64,000 nucleotides of DNA from contig NW_003314305.1 in NCBI RefSeq assembly GCF_000143415.4, forward strand, positions 88,391-152,390. The letters run 5' to 3'. Numbering within the stretch: the stretch's first letter is position 1; the number at the start of each line of letters is the position of its first letter. Under the pieces are notes generated by a model, which saw nothing but the letters and a program-made list of their open reading frames with translations, was not told where the DNA came from and searched no databases. This document shows positions 46,902 through 57,772 of the stretch, piece after piece. The position numbers and the translations under genes were made by a program. This stretch comes from Selaginella moellendorffii. Taxonomy: Eukaryota > Plantae > Lycopodiophyta.

Positions 46902-48111
46902 ATGTGGCGGTCAGGTAAGAAGCTTTACGGTTGAGAGGCATCCCAAAACGATCGCATTTTCTAGAACAGCTGCGGCTCGTCAGTTTTTCCAGAGGAGCTT
47001 GTGCAGTGGCCATGGATCATTAACAACTACTCAACCTGCACCGCGACTTGTCTTGCACTATGACAAGATCAACACATCCCTCATTCTTTTTGACAGTTCC
47101 TATTACAGCATCGGCAGCCATGGTTGGTTGATGAAAGAATTTGGGGCCCTGCTTGCGTTGGCTCACCGAGGTACCAAATGCACCATTCACCAGCGCAAGC
47201 ATTGCAATGGCTCCTACTGGAGCTGCCCGTATAGCCGCCCTGACTTAGACTACGACCCGGACATGCCACCGTCCGTGACTGAGCTCATGCCGTGCCAGAT
47301 TGAGAGCATCGAGGCCACCGGCTGCCTTTCTACTTTCGAGCTTGGTATCAGATACAAGATGGACTCGGTGGTGATCAGCGATGAAGATCGAGAGATAGAT
47401 CGTGCAAAATTATCCAAGGAATATAAGGAGTTTATGCACGCGTGGCGTAACAAGGAGATAGATTGCGCAAGATCATCTGAGGAATGTTTGGACATCTGGC
47501 ATAACAGGGTTCCTACAAATTGTGTGCTACTCTCGGTTCCTTCAAAGGCACTCAAGTACAAGGCATTGCAATGGAACCTTGAGCGCGATGTTTGCAACAA
47601 CTTCCCGCTGGAGATTTTGCCACACGAGTTTGTGACAAATGCAGCCAGCTCCAATACGAGGCTCAAGGAAAAAGATGCCATACTTGAGTTGGGTGAGGCG
47701 GTGCTGCAGGGGATCAGGAGATGTGTTGTAGTGGATCTCCGGGGCATTGGGATCATGAAAAAGGTGGGGTTGTTTCTACCTGGTGCTACTGTGGATAAGC
47801 TGCGAGGATATGCTGGGTCGTTAGAGACGGTGATCGCTGTGAGTACTAAGGAGCAAGCCCCGGGCCTGGCTGGGGAATTCCTCAACAAAGATGACTGGGA
47901 GGCGCTTGGGGTTGGTGACATCAACATAAACACAGTGGCATGCTTCATAAACGACTTGGTCTGGACCATGGAAATAGTGCTACTGTTCGCGAACGACTTC
48001 GAGAAATCAGCCGTAAGTATTGCTGCCTCTCTTCGTAGGCTTCCTGAGCCATCATCATATAGGTATTTGGATGAATGCGTTTCTTCTCAGGCGCCGTGTG
48101 ATGCATTCTAA
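46902..48111 (+). CDS. orphan protein, paralog A, presequence-like N-terminus
   Basis: ATGTGGCGGTCAG|gt..aacag| gives MWRSAAARQFFQRSLCSG joined to the 370-aa ORF; motif HGWxMxEFGALL..RKHCNGxYWSCPYSR shared with 56436-57660. Confidence 0.75.
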
Positions 48112-48640
48112 ATCCCCTGCAAGAGTTTGTGTTGAGGTCCACTTTAAACATCATCTTAGAATGTACACCAAAATATGGAGCAAAACACGAGAACTTTCAC
48201 ACCGAGGAGGCTGGAAACTAGGATGGGGATCAAGGGACAAATCTCTGGCTCATGAGCTTTACGAAAGTCAAGACGAAGAACTCCAGAGAGAATGTGGTGC
48301 CATCGCCAATCCCCGGCTGCTGCTTCTCATCCAAGGTGTTTACTAGGCTTTGCTTTGACATGACCAAAAGATTCTCCCAAGTAACTCATTGACAAGGACT
48401 AGCCAAACCAACATCAAATACTGCACCGTTCCTTTACTTGTTCAAACTCTCGTACCATCTGCTCCTGTTATTAGAGAATGCCTAGAAGAATGAAAAGCGG
48501 AAAAGAAGCTTTATTTACTCACCTATTGGCAATATCTTGCAGCAGCAAGAATTCTTGTTCTTTTTGCTGCATTCTCCCACAGCTTTGGGATGCTTAGCAG
48601 GAAACGACAAGACAGAGCTGGTGGACTTTGATTCGGAAAA

Positions 48641-51600
48641 TCAGATTGAGGACGAGCCTTTGGTTCCGAGTGGACATTCAACCTTCTCGACACAAGTCTT
48701 CGGCTTGCTGGTCACGAGGACTTGGTCCACAGCAGCCTGTGTTAAAACACAAGACAAACATAAAACGGAAAGGTATTGTAGAAAATAATGTTTAGTCAGC
48801 AAAGACAATTTCAGTGATTAACTTGGGAATCCAACAACTCTCAAATTGCGCTAAGGCTTCTTTACCTTTGTCTTGGGCAATTTAAAGTAATTGAACAAGT
48901 TGTGTCTCACTATGTCACCTCGTTTCCCCACTAAATGATCTTCCATTTTAAAATATGCTGTGCACAATTGCATAAGAGCATTAAGAATCTTTTCCTGCAA
49001 AAAATTAGAAAATGAGCTCATTAAAATACTTTTCTATCCACTTACCCCAAGAAACAAATATGCCAGTTGGTGTAGAATTAACACTCTACCATCTTCTGAA
49101 ATTTCAACCGAAGACTTTTTGCGTCCTCTCAAGTGCATGTAGATGGCAATAGGACTCCCCAACGTCTCACCATCCGTGACAACTCGCCTCTTCTTCCGAG
49201 ATGGCTCCTCCTGATCACTTTCATTCTCATCACTGTCATCGTCTATATCTCTATATGTTGGATCCTTGAGTTTGTCTTCATCTTCATCCTCGATGTCATC
49301 ACCATCTTCACCACGCGGACTCTGCCGTTTGATTTGTGTGCAGCTACGCACAGGGCGCTGGGGAGCTTCGTCCAGATCCACGTCCATGTGTTGGAGCACT
49401 CCCTCGTCAGCCTCAGGGAGGACCTGTGGAACTTGGCTGCGGCTGGCCTGGCTGGAGCTGGCTGCTCCTGGAACCGGTGCTTCGTCATCCCACCTGCAAT
49501 GAACACAAAAAGACTGGTGATTAAAAGCAAGTGAGAAAGAGAGCATACTCCAATGCAGCCTTGGCAAGCTTCTGAATGTTCACACAGTAGGTGTCTCTGT
49601 TTCGAATCTGAACCGGCACGGCTTGCATTCTGTCATCACGAAGCTCATACGTCCCATCCGGCCCAGGCATCAGCACTGGAAGCAGTGCATCGTAAGCTTC
49701 CTGGTTCCGTTGCGGTATGATCGCCACACTGCCCAGAAAGCATAAGAGCAAGTCCTCCTTGGTGATCAGCTTTCTGTTGAGGAGAATGAAGCGGTTGAAG
49801 CAGACGAGCCCTTTTACTTCCAGCGGTTTCCCACACAGCTTGGTCACAAAGTCCCGGAGCTTGACGGGGTGAGTAAACTTATTGGCTTCGACGACGTGCT
49901 TGCAACAGGCATGTACTGCCAGAAGCAGCACAATCCGCCCAACTATTTCCCCTCGAGGCCCCTCCACAACGTACGGTTGCTTGAAAACCCGCTGCGCCAC
50001 CTCCAGCACCGCATTCAACTGATCTTTGTTGTCCAGTATGCGCGCAGCTGCCTCCCCCAATATAGGCTCGAACGCGTCCGCGGTGAAGACGCAGTCACGG
50101 TCGCCACTTACGTGGCTCACCGTCCGCATGTTGCCCGCCACCATGTCCTTGGCTAGTTCGGACCAGGCTACCACCTCGAGGCCAGCCGCCACCCCAGAAC
50201 GGCAATGCCCATTGCGTTTGTCAGCGATTCCTCACCGACCGGCTTCAGTCTCTCCATGGGCATCCCCAGAAGCTTCTGCATGGCGAACGTCACAACCTCC
50301 ATCTCATCTGCGCCATTGTCGAGAGTAGCACGCCACAGGGGCCGCCCCCACCTGAACAACTCCTTCGTCAGCTCTGCCAAGGGGGTGGTCGGATCCTTTG
50401 TCTTCAGCTGCAAGGACATTAGCTTCTTTGCCTGCTCGAAGTCCCACCACAAGCTCCCCACCACCCAGATCGGCTCAAAGAACCTGGTCGAAGGAGCTCT
50501 TGCCCGGGAGCTGCGATCTTGCATTTGCGGAGGGATGACGAGGCCGAGCTTTCCGGCAGTATCTGCTACCAGTCCGAACACCTTTAAGTTGCGTGGAATG
50601 CACGAAAAAAACCTCCTGCAGGCCAGGAATGAACCGGCCACCTGTCCAAACCATGAAGACGCCTCGTCCATGCAGACAATGATCTTCTTATCGGGTACGA
50701 AAATCTTGTTGGCCGTCGTCCGGATCCAGTGAGTTAGCTTCACACCATCCCAGTCCTGTCCTGGACCCGGCTTGCACTCGCGCACCTCCTCCAGCACCTC
50801 CTCACTGAGTTTAAGGTAGCTGGAGGAACGAGCACAAAGTCAGCAAGCAAAAAGAGAAGATAGGAGAGAAGATAACCTTATAGCCACGGCTTCGCCAAAA
50901 TGTGGCTCCGACTGCTCCTTCATCCACTCCTCTGGAGATTTCTCTTTGATCTGAGTTAAAATGGCGAGAACCCATGCTGCCACGGCCCGTGGATCGTTGC
51001 TCATTTTGCTATTAATCAGCTGCTGCGCCACAGCACTTTGATCCGGGATGCCTGTAGACCCGACCTTGAGAAAGGAGACGTACACTACGTAAAAGCCCTT
51101 GGTAGCCAGCTCTCGCATGGTCCTTGACTTTCCCCACCCAGAGCTCTGCAGCACCATCGTCCATGCCGCAAGCCGCCCCATATCGTTGTGCCACTCGTCA
51201 AACAAGCCATTGATAACCTCTGCAACGTAGTCCAACACTTTGCAAGGATCCTGGTAAGGGCGATCCCAGGCCACCTGTAGCGCCTCCTTGACACTCAGTG
51301 GATAGTCAACTTTTGGACGTACTGTGGTTGGAGATGCATACTCAAGCACGGCCGAGAGAGGCCTCGACGAGTCCCCGGCGTTTTGAATCGCTGTGAGCAG
51401 CCCATCCATCCATTCCTGATCGGCTATCAACAAGAATCCAGCCAGATCGAATGCAAGGCGTTTAAGAGGATCGTCCCAAGGGACGACGTTGGTGATGAGC
51501 CATGCGAAGAGGTTCTCTCGAGATATTGGCAGTGACGGATCAAACGGGGGCATACCCCGGGCCAGTTTCTCAAGACCATCGCGCTGGCTTGCAGGAAGTG

Positions 51601-51827
51601 CTGCGTGAGAGAGGCATGAGACACAAGATAGGCAGCTAAGTTGCGTACATACCACAAACATACACGTCGCGTGAGGGCGCAAGAGTGCCGTCGCCATGCT
51701 CCTTGCTCAGCTCCTCCGCCGAGATAGTGTTGGGGTATCGGCGCCGGTCACAAGGTTGATCGAACCGCAAGATTCGCACCGTCAAACTCCCATCGCCGCC
51801 GTCCCCATCGCCACCGGAGTCCGCCAT
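48641..51827 (-). pseudogene. Crinkler/RHS-type (CR) P-loop NTPase plus restriction-endonuclease-fold protein, multi-exon, one apparent frameshift
   Basis: Walker A LQSSGWGKSR, Walker B IIVCMDEAS, GRPLW, GEIVGRIVLLLA, FNRF, NQEAYDALLPV..VQIRN; acidic tract and PSRKKRRV NLS; 1-nt frameshift near 50182. Confidence 0.7.
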
Positions 51828-52367
51828 CGGCGGCCGAAAGTTCTACCAGGGTTTAGTGCCGTATAAACCTAGGGAAATTCTCACAGGCCGCAGCCTAGAC
51901 GGGTGGTTCCCCAATTGCACCCAGTTTAAACTTGGTGTGGGAAAAACAGTTTAAAAAAAAGTTAACCTTTTCTTGGACCCTTAAAATATTCCCACATTAA
52001 TCTCATTAAACTTTGGAAGATTCTTGAAATCGAAAATAAAGAATATTTTAAGAATCAAAATATCCTTTTTCTCACTCTCACACTTTCTACCCTGATTGTT
52101 CTGTTGAAGGCTTTCTAATTTGTTCTTCCCTAAGGGAAAAATATGAATATAACGTTTGAGTTGAGATTGTCTTTTCAACGGTCAGAGTTTGAGACCGCAG
52201 ACCGAAGACCGAAGACTGAAGACCGTGTAAGCCGTTTACAAGGTGGCGGACCTCGAAGTAAGAACTTCATACTTTGCCTAGATCGGACCGAGATTGAGCC
52301 CAACAAGGAGGAACTACGTCTTTCACGGTTACTCTTGAGAGCGCTATAAATTATAAATACACGTTGC

Positions 52368-54065
52368 TCAGTCCCAGTACTTGATGATGCCAACTCCGTC
52401 CTTCCCAGCGTTCCTACCATCCTCCCAGCCGCAGGTGGCGACTTTACTCTGCTCCAGCGGATGCCACTCGCAGCCCAGGCAAACCCGCTTGAAACAGTGG
52501 AGCTTGTGGAGAACTTTGGTGGTCTTCCAGTCCCAGAACCAGCACCGCCCCGATCCATCCCCCGAGATGACATACTTGCCGTCGGGGGAGAAGTTCACCT
52601 GGCAGCCCAGCCCGGTTACGTGGCCGTGGAACCTCTTCTTGTTGAGCCGGAAGCGCTCCTTGGTGTCGTAGACGAGGATCTGGTTGTCCATGCTCTGTGC
52701 CGCGAAGAACTTGCCGTTTGGATGAACCGCGATGCTGGGCATCGAGTGCATATGCGGCTCGCTGATGTACTTGATCACCACCGGGATCCCAAACTCCCAC
52801 ACGCGGAGGGACCTGTCGTCGCTGGACGTGATGAACCTCCGGTTGTTGTCCACAAACGTGATGGTGTTCACGGCGTCCAAGTGCTGGTCATACTCCTGCG
52901 TGATCTTGCCGCTGTCCACGTCCCACTGCACAACCTTCTTGTCCTTCATCGCCACCATCAACACGTTCTGCTTGTCATCGTCCGGGTGCAGCTTGGCGAC
53001 GTAAGGCGTCTTCCCGGTGGTGAAGGACGAGATCACCTTGCCCGTCTCCGTGTCCCAAAGTTTGATCTTGGTGTCGTAGCTCACGCTCAGGAACTTGAGC
53101 CCGTCGTTGGTGAAGGAAACGTGACGAACAGTGGCGCTGTGCCCCTTGTACGTCCTCACGCACTTCCTGTGGTTATGCACGTCCCAGATCTTCACCTGGT
53201 GGTCGCTGCTCCCGGAGAGCAGGAGGTGGCCATACTTTGGAAAGAACTGGATCGTCATCACATTCCCCTTGTGCCCGACCCACGTATGGATGCAGCGCTT
53301 GGGGAAGAAGCATCGATCGTTTGCGGCCTTGACATCCGCCGGAGGAACGACCCAAGAGCGCCCCTGGTAGTCGACGTGCTCGTCGCCATGGAACTCGGTG
53401 GAGTCCGGCACCTCGGGCTTGATACCGGCCTCTCGGGCCTCCCTGGCCAGCTTCTTCTTGGCGTGCTCCTCGGCATACATCTTTTGCTCGTCGGTCATCT
53501 CCACCTGGATCCCCTTGCGCGTCCCGGCCCAGGGGCTCGTGATGGATTTGGCCAGCCACTCGTCCGAGGAAGGATCCAGGCCACCCTCGAGCTCCTGGAC
53601 CCTCTCCAGCCGCCCCTCGGCCTTCCTCTTCTTGAGCTCGTGCTGTGGGATGTTGAAGACTGTGAGCCCGGCATTGTCCTTGATCTTGTCCGGGTCGCCG
53701 ATCAAATTGGCACCATTTGGAGCCGAGGTATCCGCGGCATAGCCAAACGCCTGGAATGTGTGGTACTGCTCGTCGAAGGTGAAGGGCGAGATGGACGAGT
53801 CCTCCACCACGCCCAGCGCGTGGTTCTTCATCCCCCGCGAGAGGCCGTCCTTGTTGTAGGGGTGGATCGGCCCCTCCATGGGCGCCCACATCTGCTCGTA
53901 CCTAGGGTTGAAGGTCACTCGCTTCTGGAGAGGATCCACCACCGCCAGCGCCGACTCCGCCGCCGCGGCGCCACCGTGCGCCACGGGAACGTCCGGCGCG
54001 CTGCAGCGCCCCACATTGAAGCTCACCTCCATCGCCTCCATCGCCTCCATCGCCTCCTCCTCCAT
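52368..54065 (-). CDS. PRP17: pre-mRNA processing factor 17 / CDC40 (WD40), intronless
   Basis: [67 protein letters not shown]. Confidence 0.95.
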   Translation of the reverse strand: MEEEAMEAMEAMEVSFNVGRCSAPDVPVAHGGAAAAESALAVVDPLQKRVTFNPRYEQMWAPMEGPIHPYNKDGLSRGMKNHALGVVEDSSISPFTFDEQYHTFQAFGYAADTSAPNGANLIGDPDKIKDNAGLTVFNIPQHELKKRKAEGRLERVQELEGGLDPSSDEWLAKSITSPWAGTRKGIQVEMTDEQKMYAEEHAKKKLAREAREAGIKPEVPDSTEFHGDEHVDYQGRSWVVPPADVKAANDRCFFPKRCIHTWVGHKGNVMTIQFFPKYGHLLLSGSSDHQVKIWDVHNHRKCVRTYKGHSATVRHVSFTNDGLKFLSVSYDTKIKLWDTETGKVISSFTTGKTPYVAKLHPDDDKQNVLMVAMKDKKVVQWDVDSGKITQEYDQHLDAVNTITFVDNNRRFITSSDDRSLRVWEFGIPVVIKYISEPHMHSMPSIAVHPNGKFFAAQSMDNQILVYDTKERFRLNKKRFHGHVTGLGCQVNFSPDGKYVISGDGSGRCWFWDWKTTKVLHKLHCFKRVCLGCEWHPLEQSKVATCGWEDGRNAGKDGVGIIKYWD

Positions 54066-54089
54066 CCTCAAGAACCCTAAAATCCCATT

Positions 54090-55025
54090 TTGCCCTAGCT
54101 ATGGGTTTTTGTATAAACCCTAAATTTCGCATCGAAAGAGCAGGGCCTGCCTGATTCCCACGGCGTATTTCGCCGCCACCATGGCGCGCCCCAGTGCCAT
54201 GCAGGCGCCGTGGATGGAGCCGATACCACGGCTTTCCTCACACTCCTGGCCGCGTTCCTTCCCAAGCTTCCCGCCTCCGTGCTGCGATCCACGAGTGGAA
54301 AGGCTCTGGTTGTTTTCCTGTCGTGCATCGAGTGTATCCTTTGCACCGCCGATCGATCGAGCTGGCCGGCTCTGGCTGGATCGTTCCAGTTGCTTCTCAA
54401 GTTTTGCGTGGATATGAGACCAAAGGTACGCTCGCTTCGTTTTCTTTTCTTTCTCCGGAGCTTGATCTTTGGGCTCTTCTTCCATCCTTTTGCAATTATC
54501 CTGTGGACACCAAAGACAAGGTGATTGCAAAGCTTCTTGAGGAGTCAATGAGAAAGTATCCGACCTTGAGAAGTAATCTCTTCTAGCATCCAGGTGAAGC
54601 TTCTTACTTCCTGTGCACTACGCTTGACGTGTTTTTATCCTCAGACATTGATAAAGCAAAACAAAATCTATCTGCGACGCTAATGGCGGCATGGACGTGG
54701 ATTTGGATGCAAAGGAAAAAGCATGTTATTCCAAGGACATTGCCTCGGCAAACTGGTCAGCCATTTCTGCGTTTTCGGATAAGTTTCTTCCTCTTCTTTT
54801 CAATATATTTTGTGATCACCACCAGAAAAACGGGGAGAGTTACAGGTACTAGGATGCATCTTCTTTGTCTTTCTAGTAGTAACAATTCTCAACAAAGTGA
54901 GTTGCTAGGCTGCTATTGGTGCTTTTGCGTCCATATCAAGCAACTGTTCAGGAGTTTTTCCGAACGGTCATAGAGAAGCTTTTGAAAGCCACGAAACATA
55001 CATATGCGAAAGAGACAAGGTAATC
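54090..55025 (+). pseudogene. deleted ghost copy of RRP12 5' half, introns retained
   Basis: Matches 57710-58285 and then jumps to 59605-60168; includes intron sequences. Confidence 0.92.
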
Positions 55026-55026
55026 G

Positions 55027-55545
55027 CCATATCCAGTTCCAGCCAGGTAGTGCTGAGCTTGATCCAGTCTGAGCGAACGAGCTCGAAGTTTGGCTTGGCG
55101 TGCTTGATCCAGTCGAAGTGGACGATGGCGTTGGAGTAAACGATCCAGACAACAACGATGCTAGTGTGGATTCTCCAGAAGCTGGTGTTGATAGTGATGA
55201 TTCGGTTAAAGCTGGCGAAGTTGACGATGATACTACCAGCATCGGCTCGCCAGCTGACGAACTCCTAGATCCTACTGAAGCTGCCGCTTCAACACTAGAG
55301 CCGGAAACTGACGGTCCCGCATTAGATCCAGAACTCTCTGCTGCGATTACCAGCGTCAACAACATTAGAAACCAAACCATACTCAAAGACTTTATACCTG
55401 AGTCAAAACTTGGAGCCGCTCCAGGGGCTGCCGCCGGCGAGCTAGTTGCAGCAGTGCTCCCGCTCCCACCTACAATACAGGCTTTGCAACTGCGAAAAGC
55501 GCGCTCAAGCCTTTATGAAAATATTAAACCACAGATGATCTCAGT
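55027..55545 (-). pseudogene. inverted mosaic: RRP12 fragment (55463-55545) fused to Ser/Thr-rich exon pieces
   Basis: 55463-55545 is the reverse complement of RRP12 ~60180-60316 with a gap; the adjacent S/T-rich frame contains a GT..AG intron. Confidence 0.55.
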
Positions 55546-56435
55546 ATTTAGGGTGGAGAGTGAGTTCTTGTGGCTTTGTCGCTCCATCAGCTGCACCACC
55601 AAGCTCTCAAACGCCACTAAATCCTTCTCCATCCCCATCGCCATCGCCAGCAAATCCTTACGCGTCTTCCTCTTCTCCTCCCCCGTCGTCGCAATCTCCA
55701 GCAACCAGGAGCTTCATCCAGAGGAGGAGGAGCTGCTGCTCGAAACAGGATCCACAAGGGACCGATGCCCGAGTTTAAGCTTTCAGACGGCACGAACAAG
55801 TGGACGTCGGTGTACGAGATGAGCCGACTTACAAGACCGGGCTTCAGGAAGTGGAGCTTGATCGACAACTCGTGTTTCTTCTTTGAATAGTCATTACTAT
55901 TGTGTTATCTTTGAAGTACGAGATCACGAGTGCTAGCACACATTGGCACTCAGCCAGTTTTTTGTCCAATTTGGTTTGCTAGGAGCATATATTGAAGAGT
56001 TTTACCTCCATAAAGGTTTGAATAGACAATAGATTAGTTTTGGTTTTAAGCCAGATGCTCGTAGATCGAGTTCCACTTGCAAGAGCCGTCCGGAAGAACA
56101 CAGCTGCCAGGATCCGGGGCCTTGTACGTTCTCTTTGGCGGCGTGGAGAAATCCTCATTCGGGAAGTCCGCATCTAAATTACAGGAAAATCGTTCTCCAT
56201 AATGCGTCAAACTGTGTCACTAAGAATGAAGAATGATACATAGGACTCTATGGTGATGTGTTATGTCCGTCCTCCAACAACGAGCCCATGATCACATTTT
56301 TACCTCTGTCACTAGATGGTTTCCAGAAATAATTGCCATGGCGAACTCGGTTGCTCAGTTGATGGCTCCGAACGGGGAGGGAAGAGGCCTGTTCCTACCC
56401 CCTGCCCAAACGCAAGAAGTTTAGATACAACGATT

Positions 56436-57660
56436 CTAGAGGGTACTTACGATTGATTTGTCAAGTTTGAATTCCAGTAACAGCTCCACAGTCCACTCCA
56501 AATCGATGGTGAAGCAGACTACTTCCTCTCTGGCAACATTCTCAACCCCGAGCTCCTTCCAGTCGTCTTCTTTGAGGAATTCCCCAACTGGGACAGGCTC
56601 TTTGCCGATATACTCGAGCATCTTGTCGAGCATCTTGTCCACCGTCGCACCAGGAAAAAACAAACCAACTTTCCTCATTATTCCAATCCCTCGGAGATCC
56701 ACAATAACACACCTGGAAAAAAACAAACCAGCTTTCCTCATAATGCCAATCCCTTCAATAACATACCTCTTTATCCCCTGTAAAACGGCCTCCGCCAGCT
56801 CGAGCATCGCCTTGTCCTTAACCTTCGTGCTCGAATTTGATATAAACTCGTCAGGAAGTAATTCGAGGGGGAAGCTAGTGACGTCGGTCTTGAGTATCCA
56901 CTTAAGCGCCTTGTACTTGACAGCTAACGTAGGAACGGATACAAGCACGCATCCTGTTGCAGCCCTGTCGTACTTAATCTCCAAGTGTTCCTCGATTATT
57001 CTCTCACGATCTGTTTCCACGCTTGTGTCCCAAATGCATGCCCCGCCATCCCAGTTGTTGTATCTAAGCCCGAGCTCCAAAGTCGAGAGGACGCCGGTAA
57101 TCTCAATGCTTCTAATCTGGCATTGCTCGAGCTCTCTTATGGAGGGAGCCATGTCTGGGTCATAATCTATGTCGCGCCTGCTATAGGGGCAGCTCCAGTA
57201 AGTGCCATTGCAGTGCTTGCGAGTCTGATTAGTACACTCCGTCTGGGAGTGTCCAGATTCAAGCAAGGCCCCAAATTCTCTCATCGACCAACCATGGCCA
57301 CCGCCATTGTACCAACAGTCACCGAAGAGAAGGAGTGAAGTGTTGGCTCTGTTGTAACGCAAAACAAGTTGCGGTGCCGGCCGAGTATCGCATGATGATT
57401 CATGACCACCTGTTCCAAAGGAAATAAAGAAAACCTGAAATCGTTTCCATCAACTTTCTTACCTGGCCGCGGTGCGGATGATGATCGAAGGCCCGTACAG
57501 AAGCTCCTCAAGAAAAATCGGCAAGCCACCACTGCTCCACAAGAGAAATCTATCATCACCTCTCTCAACCTTTAAAATACTTACCTGGCTGCCATGAAGA
57601 TGAGCGATGGCGCCTTAACTGGCGCCTTGCCGCTGGTGAAGTAGAAGAATGTAGGATCAT
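56436..57660 (-). CDS. orphan protein, paralog B of 46902-48111
   Basis: HGWSMREFGALL, RKHCNGTYWSCPYSR, DYDPDM, CQI.SIE.TG.LST.ELG.RY, LELAEAVLQGI, GEFLKEDDW; short 5' exons predicted from ATG at 57660. Confidence 0.75.
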
Positions 57661-57772
57661 TTCCGTAAAACATCAACCTTTACCTGACCACATAGAACCA
57701 CAAAACCCTAGCCCTAATTATGGTGGGTTTTTGTCAAAACCCTAAATTTCTCGCTTCTGAGGAGCCCTAGCG

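Noticed and set aside
52192-52226. Five degenerate 7-bp (A)GACCGA repeats; also a 21-bp direct repeat at 46029 and 46090
   Set aside because: Short slippage-type repeats with no element termini or other support.
52368-54065. Intronless CDC40 as a retrogene
   Set aside because: No poly(A) remnant or TSD seen, and the ancestral intron state cannot be judged from this window.
52461-54080. 539-aa + strand ORF and similar long antisense ORFs over the SET, PPR and PLATZ genes
   Set aside because: Shadow ORFs of GC-rich coding sequence with no motifs.
54913-55386. ORF with apparent signal peptide MVWFLMLLTLVIAA (AGP-like secreted protein)
   Set aside because: The hydrophobic leader lies inside a GT..AG intron-like stretch, and the ORF end runs into the antisense of the RRP12 ghost.
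55100-55822. 240-aa acidic + strand ORF
   Set aside because: Antisense shadow of the S/T-rich frame that crosses an inverted RRP12 fragment.
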